Below, piece by piece: positions 24,965 through 33,348 of a stretch of DNA of 33,348 nucleotides; the first letter of the stretch is position 1; every line of letters begins with the position of its first letter. The stretch is from an uncultured Clostridia bacterium (lineage in GTDB: Bacteria; Bacillota; Clostridia; Christensenellales; CAG-138), in assembly GCA_937913075.1 (NCBI GenBank), contig CALEPU010000210.1:1-33348 (forward strand). Reading direction: 5' to 3'. A program made the translations under genes and the position numbers. The notes under the pieces were generated by a model. That model saw nothing but the letters and a program-made list of their open reading frames with translations, did not search any database and was not told where the DNA came from.

Positions 24965-24994
24965 ATAGTCATTAGGAGATCTAACGGAGGAAAA

Positions 24995-26317
24995 ATGTAC
25001 GAAGAACTTATAAACGCTGTCAGGAACGATCTTATCCCCTCGCTCGGCGTGACCGAGCCGGGAAGCATCGCCTTTGCCGCCGCTTCCGCAGCGCGCGCTT
25101 TGGGCGGCAGAGTAACGCGGGTGAAGGTGCGGCTCAATTCCTGCATTTACAAGAACTCGTTTACCTGCGCCGTGCCCGGAACGGACGGAATGGGCTGTGC
25201 CTTGGCGGCGGCTTTGGGCGCTGTTTGCGGCGACCCATCAAAAAAGCTGATGTCGACGGAAGGCGCGACGAACGCGGATATTGCGGAGGCAAAGCGGCTT
25301 GTAGAAGCAGGGGCTGCGACCGCGGAGCTTATCGGTATCTCCCCTGATATACTTATAGAGGCGGAAGTCGAGACCGAGAACGGAACGGCGAAGGCTGTTG
25401 TCGCCGGCAGGCACGACAGGCTTGTGAAGCTGACGGTAAACGGGCAGGAAATACCGATGGCAGATGTCGAATCCTCGGCAGAAGCCTACGAGGTAAAGGT
25501 ATCCTCATATTCCCTCTCGGAGCTTCTTAACTGCGTCGAGGGCGCCGAAGGGCTTGAATTCCTTTCCGACGCAGTTAAGATGAACATGGCGTTGTATGAC
25601 GAGGGCAAAAAGCAGGGGCTCTTGGCGCTCACCGGCGCAAGATTTATCACGGACGAGCCATGTCCTTCCGCAGAGAAATTTGCGGAGCTTCTGACCTGCG
25701 GCGCGATAGAGGCGCGGGTACGCGGGGCTTCGGCGCCCGCTATGGCGATAACGGGCAGCGGCAGTCACGGGATACTCTGCACGCTGCCGGTATTTGCGGC
25801 ATATGTCTTTTCGGGCGTAAAGACCGAGCGGGATCTGCACGACGATGAGCCGACCCTTCGCCGCGCACTATTGCTCTCCTGTCTTATAACAAAGTACATA
25901 AAGGAGCTTTCGGGGCTTTTATCCACTGCCTGCGGGTGCGTGCTCGCGGGAGGCACCGGCGCGGCTTTGGGGATAACCTATGTTTTGAGCAAGCGCCTCT
26001 TCCCCGCCGCTTCGAGGCATGAGCTTATTGAGCGGCTTACGAATGCGCTGAGCTCAATGGCGGCTTCCGTCACGGGTATGATATGCCACGGCGGAAACAC
26101 GGGCTGCTCGTTAAAGGCTGCTGTCGGCGTCAATATGGCGTTCAGCGCGGCAGAAATGGCGCTTGCGGGGCAAGGAGCCGAGAGCGTGCACGGTATACTG
26201 GGACACACACCTGAGGAGACCATGCGAAACATGGGGCGCGTGGCGGCGGATATGCTGCCCTTGGAAAGCACCATAGTCGATATAATGAATTGTAAAGCGA
26301 AGCAAAAGCTGATATAA
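24995..26317 (+). CDS. UPF0597/YhaM-type serine dehydratase-like protein (L-cysteine desulfidase family)
   Basis: The N-terminal PSLGVTEPGSIAFAAA motif and ~440-aa length are typical of the family. GGAGG SD. Confidence 0.85.
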   Translation: MYEELINAVRNDLIPSLGVTEPGSIAFAAASAARALGGRVTRVKVRLNSCIYKNSFTCAVPGTDGMGCALAAALGAVCGDPSKKLMSTEGATNADIAEAKRLVEAGAATAELIGISPDILIEAEVETENGTAKAVVAGRHDRLVKLTVNGQEIPMADVESSAEAYEVKVSSYSLSELLNCVEGAEGLEFLSDAVKMNMALYDEGKKQGLLALTGARFITDEPCPSAEKFAELLTCGAIEARVRGASAPAMAITGSGSHGILCTLPVFAAYVFSGVKTERDLHDDEPTLRRALLLSCLITKYIKELSGLLSTACGCVLAGGTGAALGITYVLSKRLFPAASRHELIERLTNALSSMAASVTGMICHGGNTGCSLKAAVGVNMAFSAAEMALAGQGAESVHGILGHTPEETMRNMGRVAADMLPLESTIVDIMNCKAKQKLI

Positions 26318-26351
26318 TAGCGTCAGCGAAACCAAAAATACGGAGGCGCGT

Positions 26352-26756
26352 ATGGAATACATTGATTTTGGAAGCACCGGTATGAGGGTATCGAGAGTAG
26401 GCTTCGGCGGGATACCCATTCAGAGGATAGATGAGGAAGGCACTGCCGTTCTTATTGAGAAGCTTTTAGCCTGCGGCGTCAATTATATCGACACCGCAAG
26501 AGGCTACACAGTCAGCGAGGAATACATCGGGTACGCCATAGAAAAGCTCGGCTGCCGCAGCAAGCTTTATCTTGCTACAAAAAGCATGGCGGCTGACAAG
26601 GCTGGCATGGAGGCTGATATCGCGCGCAGCATGAAAAACCTGCGCACCGATTATATAGACCTCTATCAGCTCCACAATCCCGGAATGGCAAAGCTCGACA
26701 CGATACTTGCGGAAGGCGGAGCCTTTGAAGAGCTGATTGAAGCAAAGGCGGCAAAA
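26352..26756 (+). pseudogene. Aldo/keto reductase, N-terminal ~134 codons only (cut at the seam)
   Basis: GMRVSRVGFGGIPIQR, NYIDTARGY, YIDLYQLHNP and LIEAKAA, then the AKR similarity stops mid-barrel. GGAGG SD upstream. The end coordinate is approximate. Confidence 0.8.
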
Positions 26757-26768
26757 ACTAGCGTGAAT

Positions 26769-28256
26769 GATTTGAAATTACTTTTCATTGTTTTTTTTAT
26801 TTGCATTTTTATCCTGCTAATGCAATTTGTATGGATGCACATTAAAGATTTGGTGGGAAAAGGTGTAGAAATAAAAGTTTTGGCAGAGTTTTTCGTTTAT
26901 GCGGTAGCCTCTGTTGTGCCTCTTGCTCTGCCACTCGCAATCTTGCTTGCTTCGCTAATCTCGTTCGGCAATCTTGGTGAGAAATTCGAACTCACGGCGA
27001 TGAAATCAGCGGGTATATCTCTCTTTCGAATAATGCAGCCTTTGACTATCGCTGTTGTAGTCATTTCTCTCGGGGCGTTTTATTTTTCCAATAATGTTCT
27101 TCCCACGTCTCAGGTTAAGCTGTGGGCTTTGATTTTCTCATTGCGTCAGAAATCACCGGAGATGGAGATACCGGAGGGTGAGTTTTACGACGGGATACCG
27201 GGATATAATATCTATGTCCGGCACAAAGATCATAAGACCGCCATGCTCTATGATATGATGATCTATGACTATTCGCACGGATTTCAGAACGCTAAAGTAA
27301 TGGTCGCTGATTCGGGCAAGATATATTTCACGGAAGATAAACATTATTTGCTTTTGAATCTGTATAGCGGCGAGTCGTTTGAGAATTTGGATGTGCAGCA
27401 GCAGAAGGCGACGAAGACGAAGGATAAGATACCCTATCGCAGGGAGTCGTTTTCGGAAAAGCAGATGCTGATTGATTTCTCTACTGAGTTCAATCGTTAT
27501 GACGAGTCGGTATTGCAAGATCAGCATGTGTCAAAAAATGTGGTAGAGTTGGTGGAATCGATAGATTCGGTAAATGTGTTGGCGCATATTCGCAGTGGCG
27601 AGCAGAGTGCTCAGATGGTGAAGGACAGATATTTCGGCAGGGAGAGAAAGGCGGGGCAGCAAGTGGTAGAGGCAAGTGAGATAGACAAGCAAGTTCAAAA
27701 CGGATACAAGTTCAGCAGTGTTGACAGTATGTATGCGGCATTGACTTCGACGCAAAAGGAGAAGGCTCTTCAGACTGCTATCGATAAGGCAAAGGCGATG
27801 CAGGATCAGTTTGAGTATAATGCCATTATGCTTGACGAATATAAGCGTTATGTGAGAAAGCACGAAATAGAGTTGCACCGCAAATTCACTTTGGCTTTTG
27901 CGTGCCTCATTTTCTTCTTTATCGGTGCCCCTCTCGGTGCCATTATCCGCAAGGGCGGACTCGGAGCACCGGTGGTTATCAGTGTGATAATGTTTATTAT
28001 CTATTATATCATTGATAATACGGGATATAAGATGGCGCGAGAGGCTTTATGGCCGACATGGGCAGGTATGTGGCTGTCATCGTTTGTGTTGCTGCCAATA
28101 GGCATTTTCCTGACATATAAGGCCGCTGCGGATTCCGCTCTATTCAATCCGGAAGCATGGATCAAGGTATGGGACAAAATCAAAACAGGAGTACGGAATT
28201 CACGGAACAATATATTTAGAGAACGTAAGTTACAGAAAAATAATAATTCAAAATGA
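26769..28256 (+). CDS. LptF/LptG (YjgP/YjgQ) family LPS-export permease, long Bacteroidota form, 5'-truncated at the seam
   Basis: [26 protein letters not shown]...[35 protein letters not shown]...[19 protein letters not shown]. About 15 N-terminal residues are missing. The start coordinate is approximate. Confidence 0.85.
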   Translation, partial: DLKLLFIVFFICIFILLMQFVWMHIKDLVGKGVEIKVLAEFFVYAVASVVPLALPLAILLASLISFGNLGEKFELTAMKSAGISLFRIMQPLTIAVVVISLGAFYFSNNVLPTSQVKLWALIFSLRQKSPEMEIPEGEFYDGIPGYNIYVRHKDHKTAMLYDMMIYDYSHGFQNAKVMVADSGKIYFTEDKHYLLLNLYSGESFENLDVQQQKATKTKDKIPYRRESFSEKQMLIDFSTEFNRYDESVLQDQHVSKNVVELVESIDSVNVLAHIRSGEQSAQMVKDRYFGRERKAGQQVVEASEIDKQVQNGYKFSSVDSMYAALTSTQKEKALQTAIDKAKAMQDQFEYNAIMLDEYKRYVRKHEIELHRKFTLAFACLIFFFIGAPLGAIIRKGGLGAPVVISVIMFIIYYIIDNTGYKMAREALWPTWAGMWLSSFVLLPIGIFLTYKAAADSALFNPEAWIKVWDKIKTGVRNSRNNIFRERKLQKNNNSK

Positions 28257-29488
28257 ATACAATAGAAGAGGCTGTTGCCGACATTAGAGACGGTAAATTC
28301 GTAATTGTTGTGGACGATGAGGATAGGGAGAATGAAGGTGATTTCATTATTGCCGCTGAGCATATCACGCCCGACAAGGTCAATTTTATGCTCAAGTATG
28401 GTAGGGGTGTTCTTTGTGCACCAATAACGGAAGAGCGTTGTGCAGAACTTGGTCTTATTCATCAGGTTCAGCAGAATACATCCATGCTTGGTACGCCGTT
28501 TACCATAACGGTTGATTATCTGCCGGGCTGTACGACCGGCGTATCTGCCCACGATAGGGCAACTACTATTCGCGCCCTTGCTGACCCGCAGTCCAAACCT
28601 CAGGATTTCGGCAGACCCGGACATATCAATCCTCTCTATGCCAAATCTAACGGCGTGTTGCAGCGAGCCGGACACACGGAAGCTGCTATTGACCTGTGTA
28701 AGTTGGCAGGTCTGACACCTGCTGCCGCGCTTATCGAGATTATGAATGAAGACGGCACGATGGCGCGGATGGCACAGTTAGAACAAGTGGCAGCAGAGCA
28801 TCAGTTGAAAGTGATATCCATCAAAGACCTTATTGCCTATAGATTGCAGAGTGTCAGCGGTAATGACTCTGCCACGCCATGCAATGTAGAGCAGGAATTT
28901 TTGGTGGAGAAAGGTGTTACAGTAACTTTGCCGACTCAATATGGCAATTTTATGCTTACTCCTTTCCGGCAACTCTCTAACGGATTAGAGCATATAGCAC
29001 TCGTGAAAGGTGATATAGGTGATAAGCCTGTATTATGCAGAGTACATTCGTCGTGTATGACAGGTGATATATTCGGTTCACTCAGGTGCGAGTGCGGTGA
29101 ACAACTGCACAAGGCAATGCAGATGATCGAAAAAGAAGGCAGAGGTGTTATAGTATATATGAACCAAGAGGGGCGCGGAATAGGGCTGATGAAGAAGATT
29201 GAGGCGTATGCTCTGCAAGAGCAAGGACTTGATACCGTAGAGGCAAATGTCCACCTCGGTTTCGACCCCGATGAAAGAGACTACGGCGTCGGAGCGCAGA
29301 TACTGAAACTGCTCGGCGCAACTAAATTGAGATTGATGACCAATAACCCCGTTAAGCGCGTAGGCTTGGAGTCATACGGCATTCAAATCGTTGAAAATGT
29401 GCCAATCGAAATAGCCCCCAATAAGTATAATAGGCGATATATGCTGACGAAGAAAGAAAAGATGCATCATAATCTGCATCTTGTGTGA
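28253..29488 (+). CDS. ribBA: Bifunctional 3,4-dihydroxy-2-butanone-4-phosphate synthase / GTP cyclohydrolase II
   Basis: [12 protein letters not shown] and RAGHTEA (DHBP synthase). [18 protein letters not shown] and NQEGRGIGL (GCH II). ATGA overlap with the upstream stop. Confidence 0.93.
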   Translation: MNTIEEAVADIRDGKFVIVVDDEDRENEGDFIIAAEHITPDKVNFMLKYGRGVLCAPITEERCAELGLIHQVQQNTSMLGTPFTITVDYLPGCTTGVSAHDRATTIRALADPQSKPQDFGRPGHINPLYAKSNGVLQRAGHTEAAIDLCKLAGLTPAAALIEIMNEDGTMARMAQLEQVAAEHQLKVISIKDLIAYRLQSVSGNDSATPCNVEQEFLVEKGVTVTLPTQYGNFMLTPFRQLSNGLEHIALVKGDIGDKPVLCRVHSSCMTGDIFGSLRCECGEQLHKAMQMIEKEGRGVIVYMNQEGRGIGLMKKIEAYALQEQGLDTVEANVHLGFDPDERDYGVGAQILKLLGATKLRLMTNNPVKRVGLESYGIQIVENVPIEIAPNKYNRRYMLTKKEKMHHNLHLV

Positions 29489-29554
29489 GAAAAGCACTTC
29501 GTAAATACGCCGAGAGTAAAACAGAGGGGATAAGGTATTTGTTAAAAGCGAGAG

Positions 29555-30070
29555 ATGAAAATAGGAATAATAGGTCCGGAGTCAGTAGGTAAAACTCGTT
29601 TGTCACAGCAACTTGCGCAGTATTTCAACGGAATCGTTGTGCCTGAGTTCGCAAGAGAGTATGTGGAGCAACTCGGCAGGCCGTACAATTATGAGGATGT
29701 CTGTTATATAGCTGAGCAGAATAAAAACTATTGCTTATCTCAAGATAAGACTGTATTTTTTGATACCGAATTGATTGTAACAAAGGTGTGGCTTGATGAG
29801 GTCTATCACAGAAGACCTTCATGGATAACCGACCCGATCCCCGAAGATTACCAAATGGACGTGTATCTTCTTCTGTATCCTGATATTGAATGGGAACAAG
29901 ATTCGGTTAGAGAAAACGGTGCACAAGAGAGAAGAATGGAATTATTTGAATGTTACAAAAAAGAGGTAGAAGCAACGAAGAAGCCGTTTGCAATAATATG
30001 CGGTCAAGGCGAAACGAGAATGTGGAATGCTCTGTCGGCTATACAAGAATGTGACATTTTGGCACACTGA
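29555..30070 (+). CDS. AAA_28-type ATPase (NadR C-terminal kinase-like)
   Basis: Walker A GPESVGKT, followed by VPEFAREY and FFDT motifs typical of the family. Confidence 0.7.
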   Translation: MKIGIIGPESVGKTRLSQQLAQYFNGIVVPEFAREYVEQLGRPYNYEDVCYIAEQNKNYCLSQDKTVFFDTELIVTKVWLDEVYHRRPSWITDPIPEDYQMDVYLLLYPDIEWEQDSVRENGAQERRMELFECYKKEVEATKKPFAIICGQGETRMWNALSAIQECDILAH

Positions 30071-30173
30071 CGGTAATTGGCAAGAAAATTGTGCGTGCTG
30101 ATGTAGAAACGAGTACGGAAAACGGAAAGTGAGGAAAACGGAAAGTACGAATTTTTTAGATAAATATAAAATT

Positions 30174-30743
30174 ATGGACGAGATAAAAAACGAAGAGAAT
30201 ACCGCTATGGATGTAGAGCAGGTAGAAACTGAAAAAGTGGAAGAGACCTCAGTTGCAGCCGATGCGGCAGAGGCTACAGAAGAGGAAACTCTCGAAAAGC
30301 AACTTAGTGATGCCAACGTTGAGATTGCTGATTTGAAAGACAAGAATCTCAGAATGATGGCAGAGTTTGATAATTTCCGCAGGCGAACGGCAAAAGAGAA
30401 ACTTGATATTCAGAAGAATGCCGGCGAGCGTATTTTTATTGATATGCTCTCGCTTATTGACGACTTCGAGAGAGCGGAGCAAGCAATGAGAAAGACGGAT
30501 GATATTGATGCCGTGAAACAAGGTGTTGAGCTTATTCATAAGAAGTTTATTACCTTCCTTCAGGATAACGATGTCAAGGAGATAGCCACAGAGGGCGAGT
30601 CGTTTAATACCGACCTGCACGATGCTATCACCACACTAAGCGCAGGTGAAGAAAACAAAGGTAAGATTATCGACTGCACACAAAAAGGTTATACTCTTGG
30701 AGATAAGGTGATACGCTTTGCCAAGGTGGTTGTGGGAGAATAG
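30174..30743 (+). CDS. grpE: Nucleotide exchange factor GrpE
   Basis: Acidic N-terminus, then NLRMMAEFDNFRRRTAKE and a C-terminal beta domain (GYTLGDKVIRFAKVVV). Start ATG 30174 is preferred over the GTG at 30129. Confidence 0.9.
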   Translation: MDEIKNEENTAMDVEQVETEKVEETSVAADAAEATEEETLEKQLSDANVEIADLKDKNLRMMAEFDNFRRRTAKEKLDIQKNAGERIFIDMLSLIDDFERAEQAMRKTDDIDAVKQGVELIHKKFITFLQDNDVKEIATEGESFNTDLHDAITTLSAGEENKGKIIDCTQKGYTLGDKVIRFAKVVVGE

Positions 30744-30827
30744 GTGTAAGTTATGGGTGTTCGGCTATTAAGCCGTGAATTTAATGAGTGATTAAGTTAT
30801 TAGTGATTAGTGATAAGAGATAATATT

Positions 30828-32000
30828 ATGGCTAAGAGAGATTACTATGAGGTGCTTGATGTCGCCAAAACGGCTACGGCAGAAGAGATAAAAAAAGCTT
30901 ATAGGAAAAAAGCTATTCAATATCATCCTGATAAGAACCCCGGCGACAAGGATGCAGAGGAAAAGTTTAAGGAAGCCGCTGAGGCATACGAGGTGCTGAG
31001 CGACCCGCAGAAGCGTGAGCAGTACGATAGATTCGGCTTTGCCGGACTCGGCAGCGCAGGCTATGGGGGACAGCAGATGGATATGTCGGATATCTTTGCT
31101 AAATTCGGTGATTTATTCAGCGATCTGTTAGGTGGCGGCGGAGGAGGAAATTTCCATGTCAATTTCAACGGACAAGAGTTTCAGTTTGGCGGCGGTGGCA
31201 GCAGACGGCAAAGGCGTGGTAGTGACCTGCGGATAAAGGTGAAGGTGACGCTTGAAGAAGTGGCAACCGGAGTTGATAAGAAGGTGAAGGTGAAGAAGAT
31301 GGTTGCTTGCCCGCAATGCCATGGTTCAGGTAGTGCCGACGGACAGACAGAGACCTGCTCAACCTGCAAAGGCTCCGGCAGAATACAACGCACAAGGCAA
31401 GGTATTTTCGGCTTGCAAGTAGTCCAAGAGATGTGTCCTGACTGCGGTGGTGAAGGTAAAAAGATTAAGAATAAATGTCCGCGCTGCAATGGCGAAGGCA
31501 TAGTTCGCGATGAGGAGATAATAACTATCCATATTCCTGCCGGAGTAGCAGAGGGTATGCAACTTACCGTTTCAGGCAAGGGCAATGCTGCGCCGCGTGG
31601 CGGTGTCCCCGGGGACTTGCTCGTGCTGATAGAAGAAGAGGAACATAAAGAACTTATAAGAGACGAATGTAATCTTATCTATAATCTTCTCCTCTCTGTA
31701 CCTACTGCCGCCTTAGGCGGACAAGTGGAGATACCATCGCTGCAAGGGCCGCTGAAGATTAATATACCGGAAGGAACGCAGCCGGGAAAGGTGTTGAGAC
31801 TAAGAGGCAAAGGGCTGCCGCAGATTGACGGATACGGCAGGCAGGTAATGCAAGGTGACTTGCTCGTGAATATAGGGGTTTATATACCTGAAAAATTGTC
31901 GAAGGAGGAGAAGAAGTGGTTTGAAAAATTCTCCGATTCGCCAAACGCTGCACCCGGCTCTGCCAATAAACGCAGTTTCTTCCATAACCTCTTCGGATGA
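30828..32000 (+). CDS. dnaJ: Molecular chaperone DnaJ
   Basis: J domain [10 protein letters not shown]...YHPDKNP; G/F region; four CxxCxGxG zinc motifs ([32 protein letters not shown]). Confidence 0.95.
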   Translation: MAKRDYYEVLDVAKTATAEEIKKAYRKKAIQYHPDKNPGDKDAEEKFKEAAEAYEVLSDPQKREQYDRFGFAGLGSAGYGGQQMDMSDIFAKFGDLFSDLLGGGGGGNFHVNFNGQEFQFGGGGSRRQRRGSDLRIKVKVTLEEVATGVDKKVKVKKMVACPQCHGSGSADGQTETCSTCKGSGRIQRTRQGIFGLQVVQEMCPDCGGEGKKIKNKCPRCNGEGIVRDEEIITIHIPAGVAEGMQLTVSGKGNAAPRGGVPGDLLVLIEEEEHKELIRDECNLIYNLLLSVPTAALGGQVEIPSLQGPLKINIPEGTQPGKVLRLRGKGLPQIDGYGRQVMQGDLLVNIGVYIPEKLSKEEKKWFEKFSDSPNAAPGSANKRSFFHNLFG

Positions 32001-32063
32001 AACTATATGTAAATATCCTGACTTCAAGAAAAATTCAGCATTTTCTCGTAGTTTTAGTTATGT

Positions 32064-32091
32064 GTCTCCGAGTATGTCCATACTCGGAGAC
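32064..32091 (+). terminator. Hairpin downstream of dnaJ
   Basis: GTCTCCGAGTAT-GTCC-ATACTCGGAGAC, followed by TTTGAC. Confidence 0.5.
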
Positions 32092-32268
32092 TTTGACTAT
32101 CTATGGGGTGGATACTCTGACCGAGTTTACCTTCGAGGAGAACAGAGAGGAGTTCTGCAATGACGCTCTGTATCCGGAGAGGATGATGGGTGAACCTCAA
32201 ATATGAATTTTAATAAGTTTTTGAAAAAAAACTTGTGTAATCAAGAAAATAAAATTATCTTTGCAAAT

Positions 32269-32817
32269 ATGTCATATACAGCAAAAAATAAGGCAGATAA
32301 CCCTATGCTGAGGATGACGATGTCGTTCGGGGTATCAACGGGACTATGGATAGGTGCTAAATTTATACTCAATGCGCTGAGCATAAATCACGCTTGGGTG
32401 GGAATTGTAGTGTGGCTTGTGAATCTGTACATCCTGTTTTTGTTCTACTCTTCTACTTTGATATATCGCTTTAGAGAAAAGGGCGGAAATATATCGTTTT
32501 CAGAGGCGTATTCTTTCATCTTATTGTTAATGTTTTTCAGTGCGATTATCGCTGCTGCGGTAAGGTGGATATATCTCTCGTTCTTTGATTCTTCGTATCT
32601 GAGTCTGATGTACGAGCAAACAATGCCGGTGCTCGAAAAGATGATGCCCGCAGAAATAGATGAGGTTGAGATGCGTCTGAGAGAATTTCTTGTGCCTATT
32701 AGGTTCTCTCTGTTCTACATATTCTACGACCTTATTGTCGCTTCCGTTTTAGGACTTATTCTTGCGCCTATCGTAAGAAAGAGCAAGAATATCTTGCCCG
32801 ACGATTTCGAAGATTAA
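32269..32817 (+). CDS. DUF4199-like multi-pass membrane protein (start uncertain)
   Basis: Four hydrophobic segments, ~180 aa. Its position directly upstream of a GT2 gene matches the DUF4199-GT2 pairing common in Bacteroidota. A TAnnTTTG -7 box at 32256-32263 argues against the ORF-track start at 32203; ATG 32305 is an alternative start. Confidence 0.6.
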   Translation: MSYTAKNKADNPMLRMTMSFGVSTGLWIGAKFILNALSINHAWVGIVVWLVNLYILFLFYSSTLIYRFREKGGNISFSEAYSFILLLMFFSAIIAAAVRWIYLSFFDSSYLSLMYEQTMPVLEKMMPAEIDEVEMRLREFLVPIRFSLFYIFYDLIVASVLGLILAPIVRKSKNILPDDFED

Positions 32818-32902
32818 ATGGTCTTTAAATGGTCTTTAAATGGTCTTTAAATAGTCTTTAAATAGTCTTTAAATGGTCTTTAAATAGTCTTTAAATTATC
32901 TT
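32815..32902. repeat. Tandem repeat, 8 copies of an 11-bp unit TAAAT(G/A)GTCTT
   Basis: Units start at 32815, 32826, 32837, 32848, 32859, 32870, 32881 and 32892 (the last is degenerate, TAAATTATCTT). The first unit contains the upstream stop codon. The array ends 14 nt before ATG 32917. Confidence 0.95.
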
Positions 32903-32916
32903 AAAATCCCATATTA

Positions 32917-33348
32917 ATGTTGGATATTTCAATAGTAATACCGCTATATAACGAGGCAGAGTCGCTGCCTCACTTGTTCGAGTGGATAGAGCGCGTTATG
33001 GCTGAGAATAGATTTCAGTATGAAGTCATTTTTGTCAATGATGGTTCAACAGATAACTCTTGGTTGGTAATAGAAACCCTGAAGAAGCAGCACAGTGAGG
33101 TGGTGAGAGCCATTTCGTTCCGTCACAACTACGGCAAGAGTGCTGCCCTGTATTGCGGTTTTAAGGCTGCGCAAGGAGAAGTGGTTATCACTATGGATGC
33201 CGATATGCAGGACTCCCCTGACGAGATACCGGAACTCTATCGTATGATTAAGGAGGACGGTTACGACCTTGTCAGCGGCTGGAAACAAAAGCGATATGAT
33301 AATGCTCTGACAAAGAATCTTCCGTCAAAACTATTCAATGCAACAGCA
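32917..33348 (+). CDS. Family 2 glycosyltransferase (DPM1/ArnC-like), 3' end outside the window
   Basis: Hand translation is open to the window end: MLDISIVIPLYNEAESLPHL...VIFVNDGSTDNS...ITMDADMQDSPDEIP...SGWKQKRYD. It is not in the ORF track because no stop is reached. Confidence 0.85.
   Translation, partial: MLDISIVIPLYNEAESLPHLFEWIERVMAENRFQYEVIFVNDGSTDNSWLVIETLKKQHSEVVRAISFRHNYGKSAALYCGFKAAQGEVVITMDADMQDSPDEIPELYRMIKEDGYDLVSGWKQKRYDNALTKNLPSKLFNATA

Noticed and set aside
26352-28256. A genuine 634-aa bifunctional AKR-permease fusion protein
   Set aside because: Both halves are truncated mid-domain. Composition, translation signals and the taxonomic flavour of all neighbouring genes switch at the same point. 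An LPS-export permease makes no sense in a Gram-positive context. See the seam finding.
28200-28260. An FMN riboswitch upstream of ribBA
   Set aside because: There is no intergenic space. The ribBA ATG overlaps the upstream stop (ATGA), so no leader RNA can be present here.
28004-28675. 223-aa minus-strand ORF
   Set aside because: It is antisense across the lptF/G-ribBA boundary. Both plus-strand genes have strong family motifs, and this ORF has none.
32815-32902. A CRISPR array
   Set aside because: The units are 11 bp and directly abutting with no spacers. There are no cas genes. It is a simple tandem repeat.
26760-33348. The right-hand 6.6 kb as a horizontally transferred island inside the Firmicute genome
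   Set aside because: The block is core housekeeping (ribBA, grpE, dnaJ, lptF/G). It has no mobility genes or flanking repeats, and the window ends before any return to Firmicute sequence. A chimera is more parsimonious. This is kept only as the low-probability alternative.

Overview
This window joins two unrelated genomic backgrounds. All calls come from reading the sequence and remembering family motifs; no searches were run.

**Left part (1 to ~26,755).** It looks like a GC-rich Gram-positive anaerobe, probably Clostridia of the Oscillospiraceae/Ruminococcaceae type. Evidence: a dockerin-bearing secreted protein, a lipobox lipoprotein, GGAGG/AAGGAG Shine-Dalgarno sites, several near-consensus TTGACA-17-TATAAT promoters, and GC-rich hairpin terminators. 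In order it holds:
- an IS1182-family transposase running in from the left edge
- a tRNA-Trp fragment, then intact tRNA-Trp
- an Sfp-type phosphopantetheinyl transferase
- a second IS1182-family transposase remnant
- pepF
- an SNF2 helicase that matches only the helicase half of the large methylase-helicase fusions of mobile elements
- an SPFH protein with tandem zinc ribbons
- an ACP-like protein lacking the carrier serine, and a mini P-loop ATPase
- a YdcF/DUF218 protein
- an 817-aa dockerin protein with a clan-CD-like protease core
- a GNAT acetyltransferase
- a lipoprotein with a cohesin-like domain
- a reverse rubrerythrin
- a 1.3-kb AT-rich islet (structured leader RNA, a 69-aa Cys/His protein, a TM/PH/SHOCT protein)
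- a ~285-bp palindromic hairpin-rich element
- a zinc-ribbon protein
- a TtcA-like PP-loop ATPase, an S41 peptidase, mfd, and a UPF0597 cysteine-desulfidase-like protein
- the first ~134 codons of an aldo/keto reductase

**Right part (~26,770 to the end).** It looks like Bacteroidota: lower GC, no SD sequences, and a TAnnTTTG -7 box. It holds a 5'-truncated LptF/LptG permease, ribBA, an AAA_28 ATPase, grpE, dnaJ, a DUF4199 membrane protein, an 8 x 11-bp tandem repeat and a partial GT2 glycosyltransferase.

**Main observation.** The seam near 26,755-26,770 cuts two genes and fuses them in frame. It is most likely an assembly chimera or concatenation.

**What is absent.** I found no CRISPR array, no rRNA and no complete recognisable defence system. 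The best candidates for undescribed biology are the AT-rich islet with its structured leader, the helicase-only SNF2 gene, the dockerin / cohesin-like lipoprotein pair, and the phased 11-bp repeat array.
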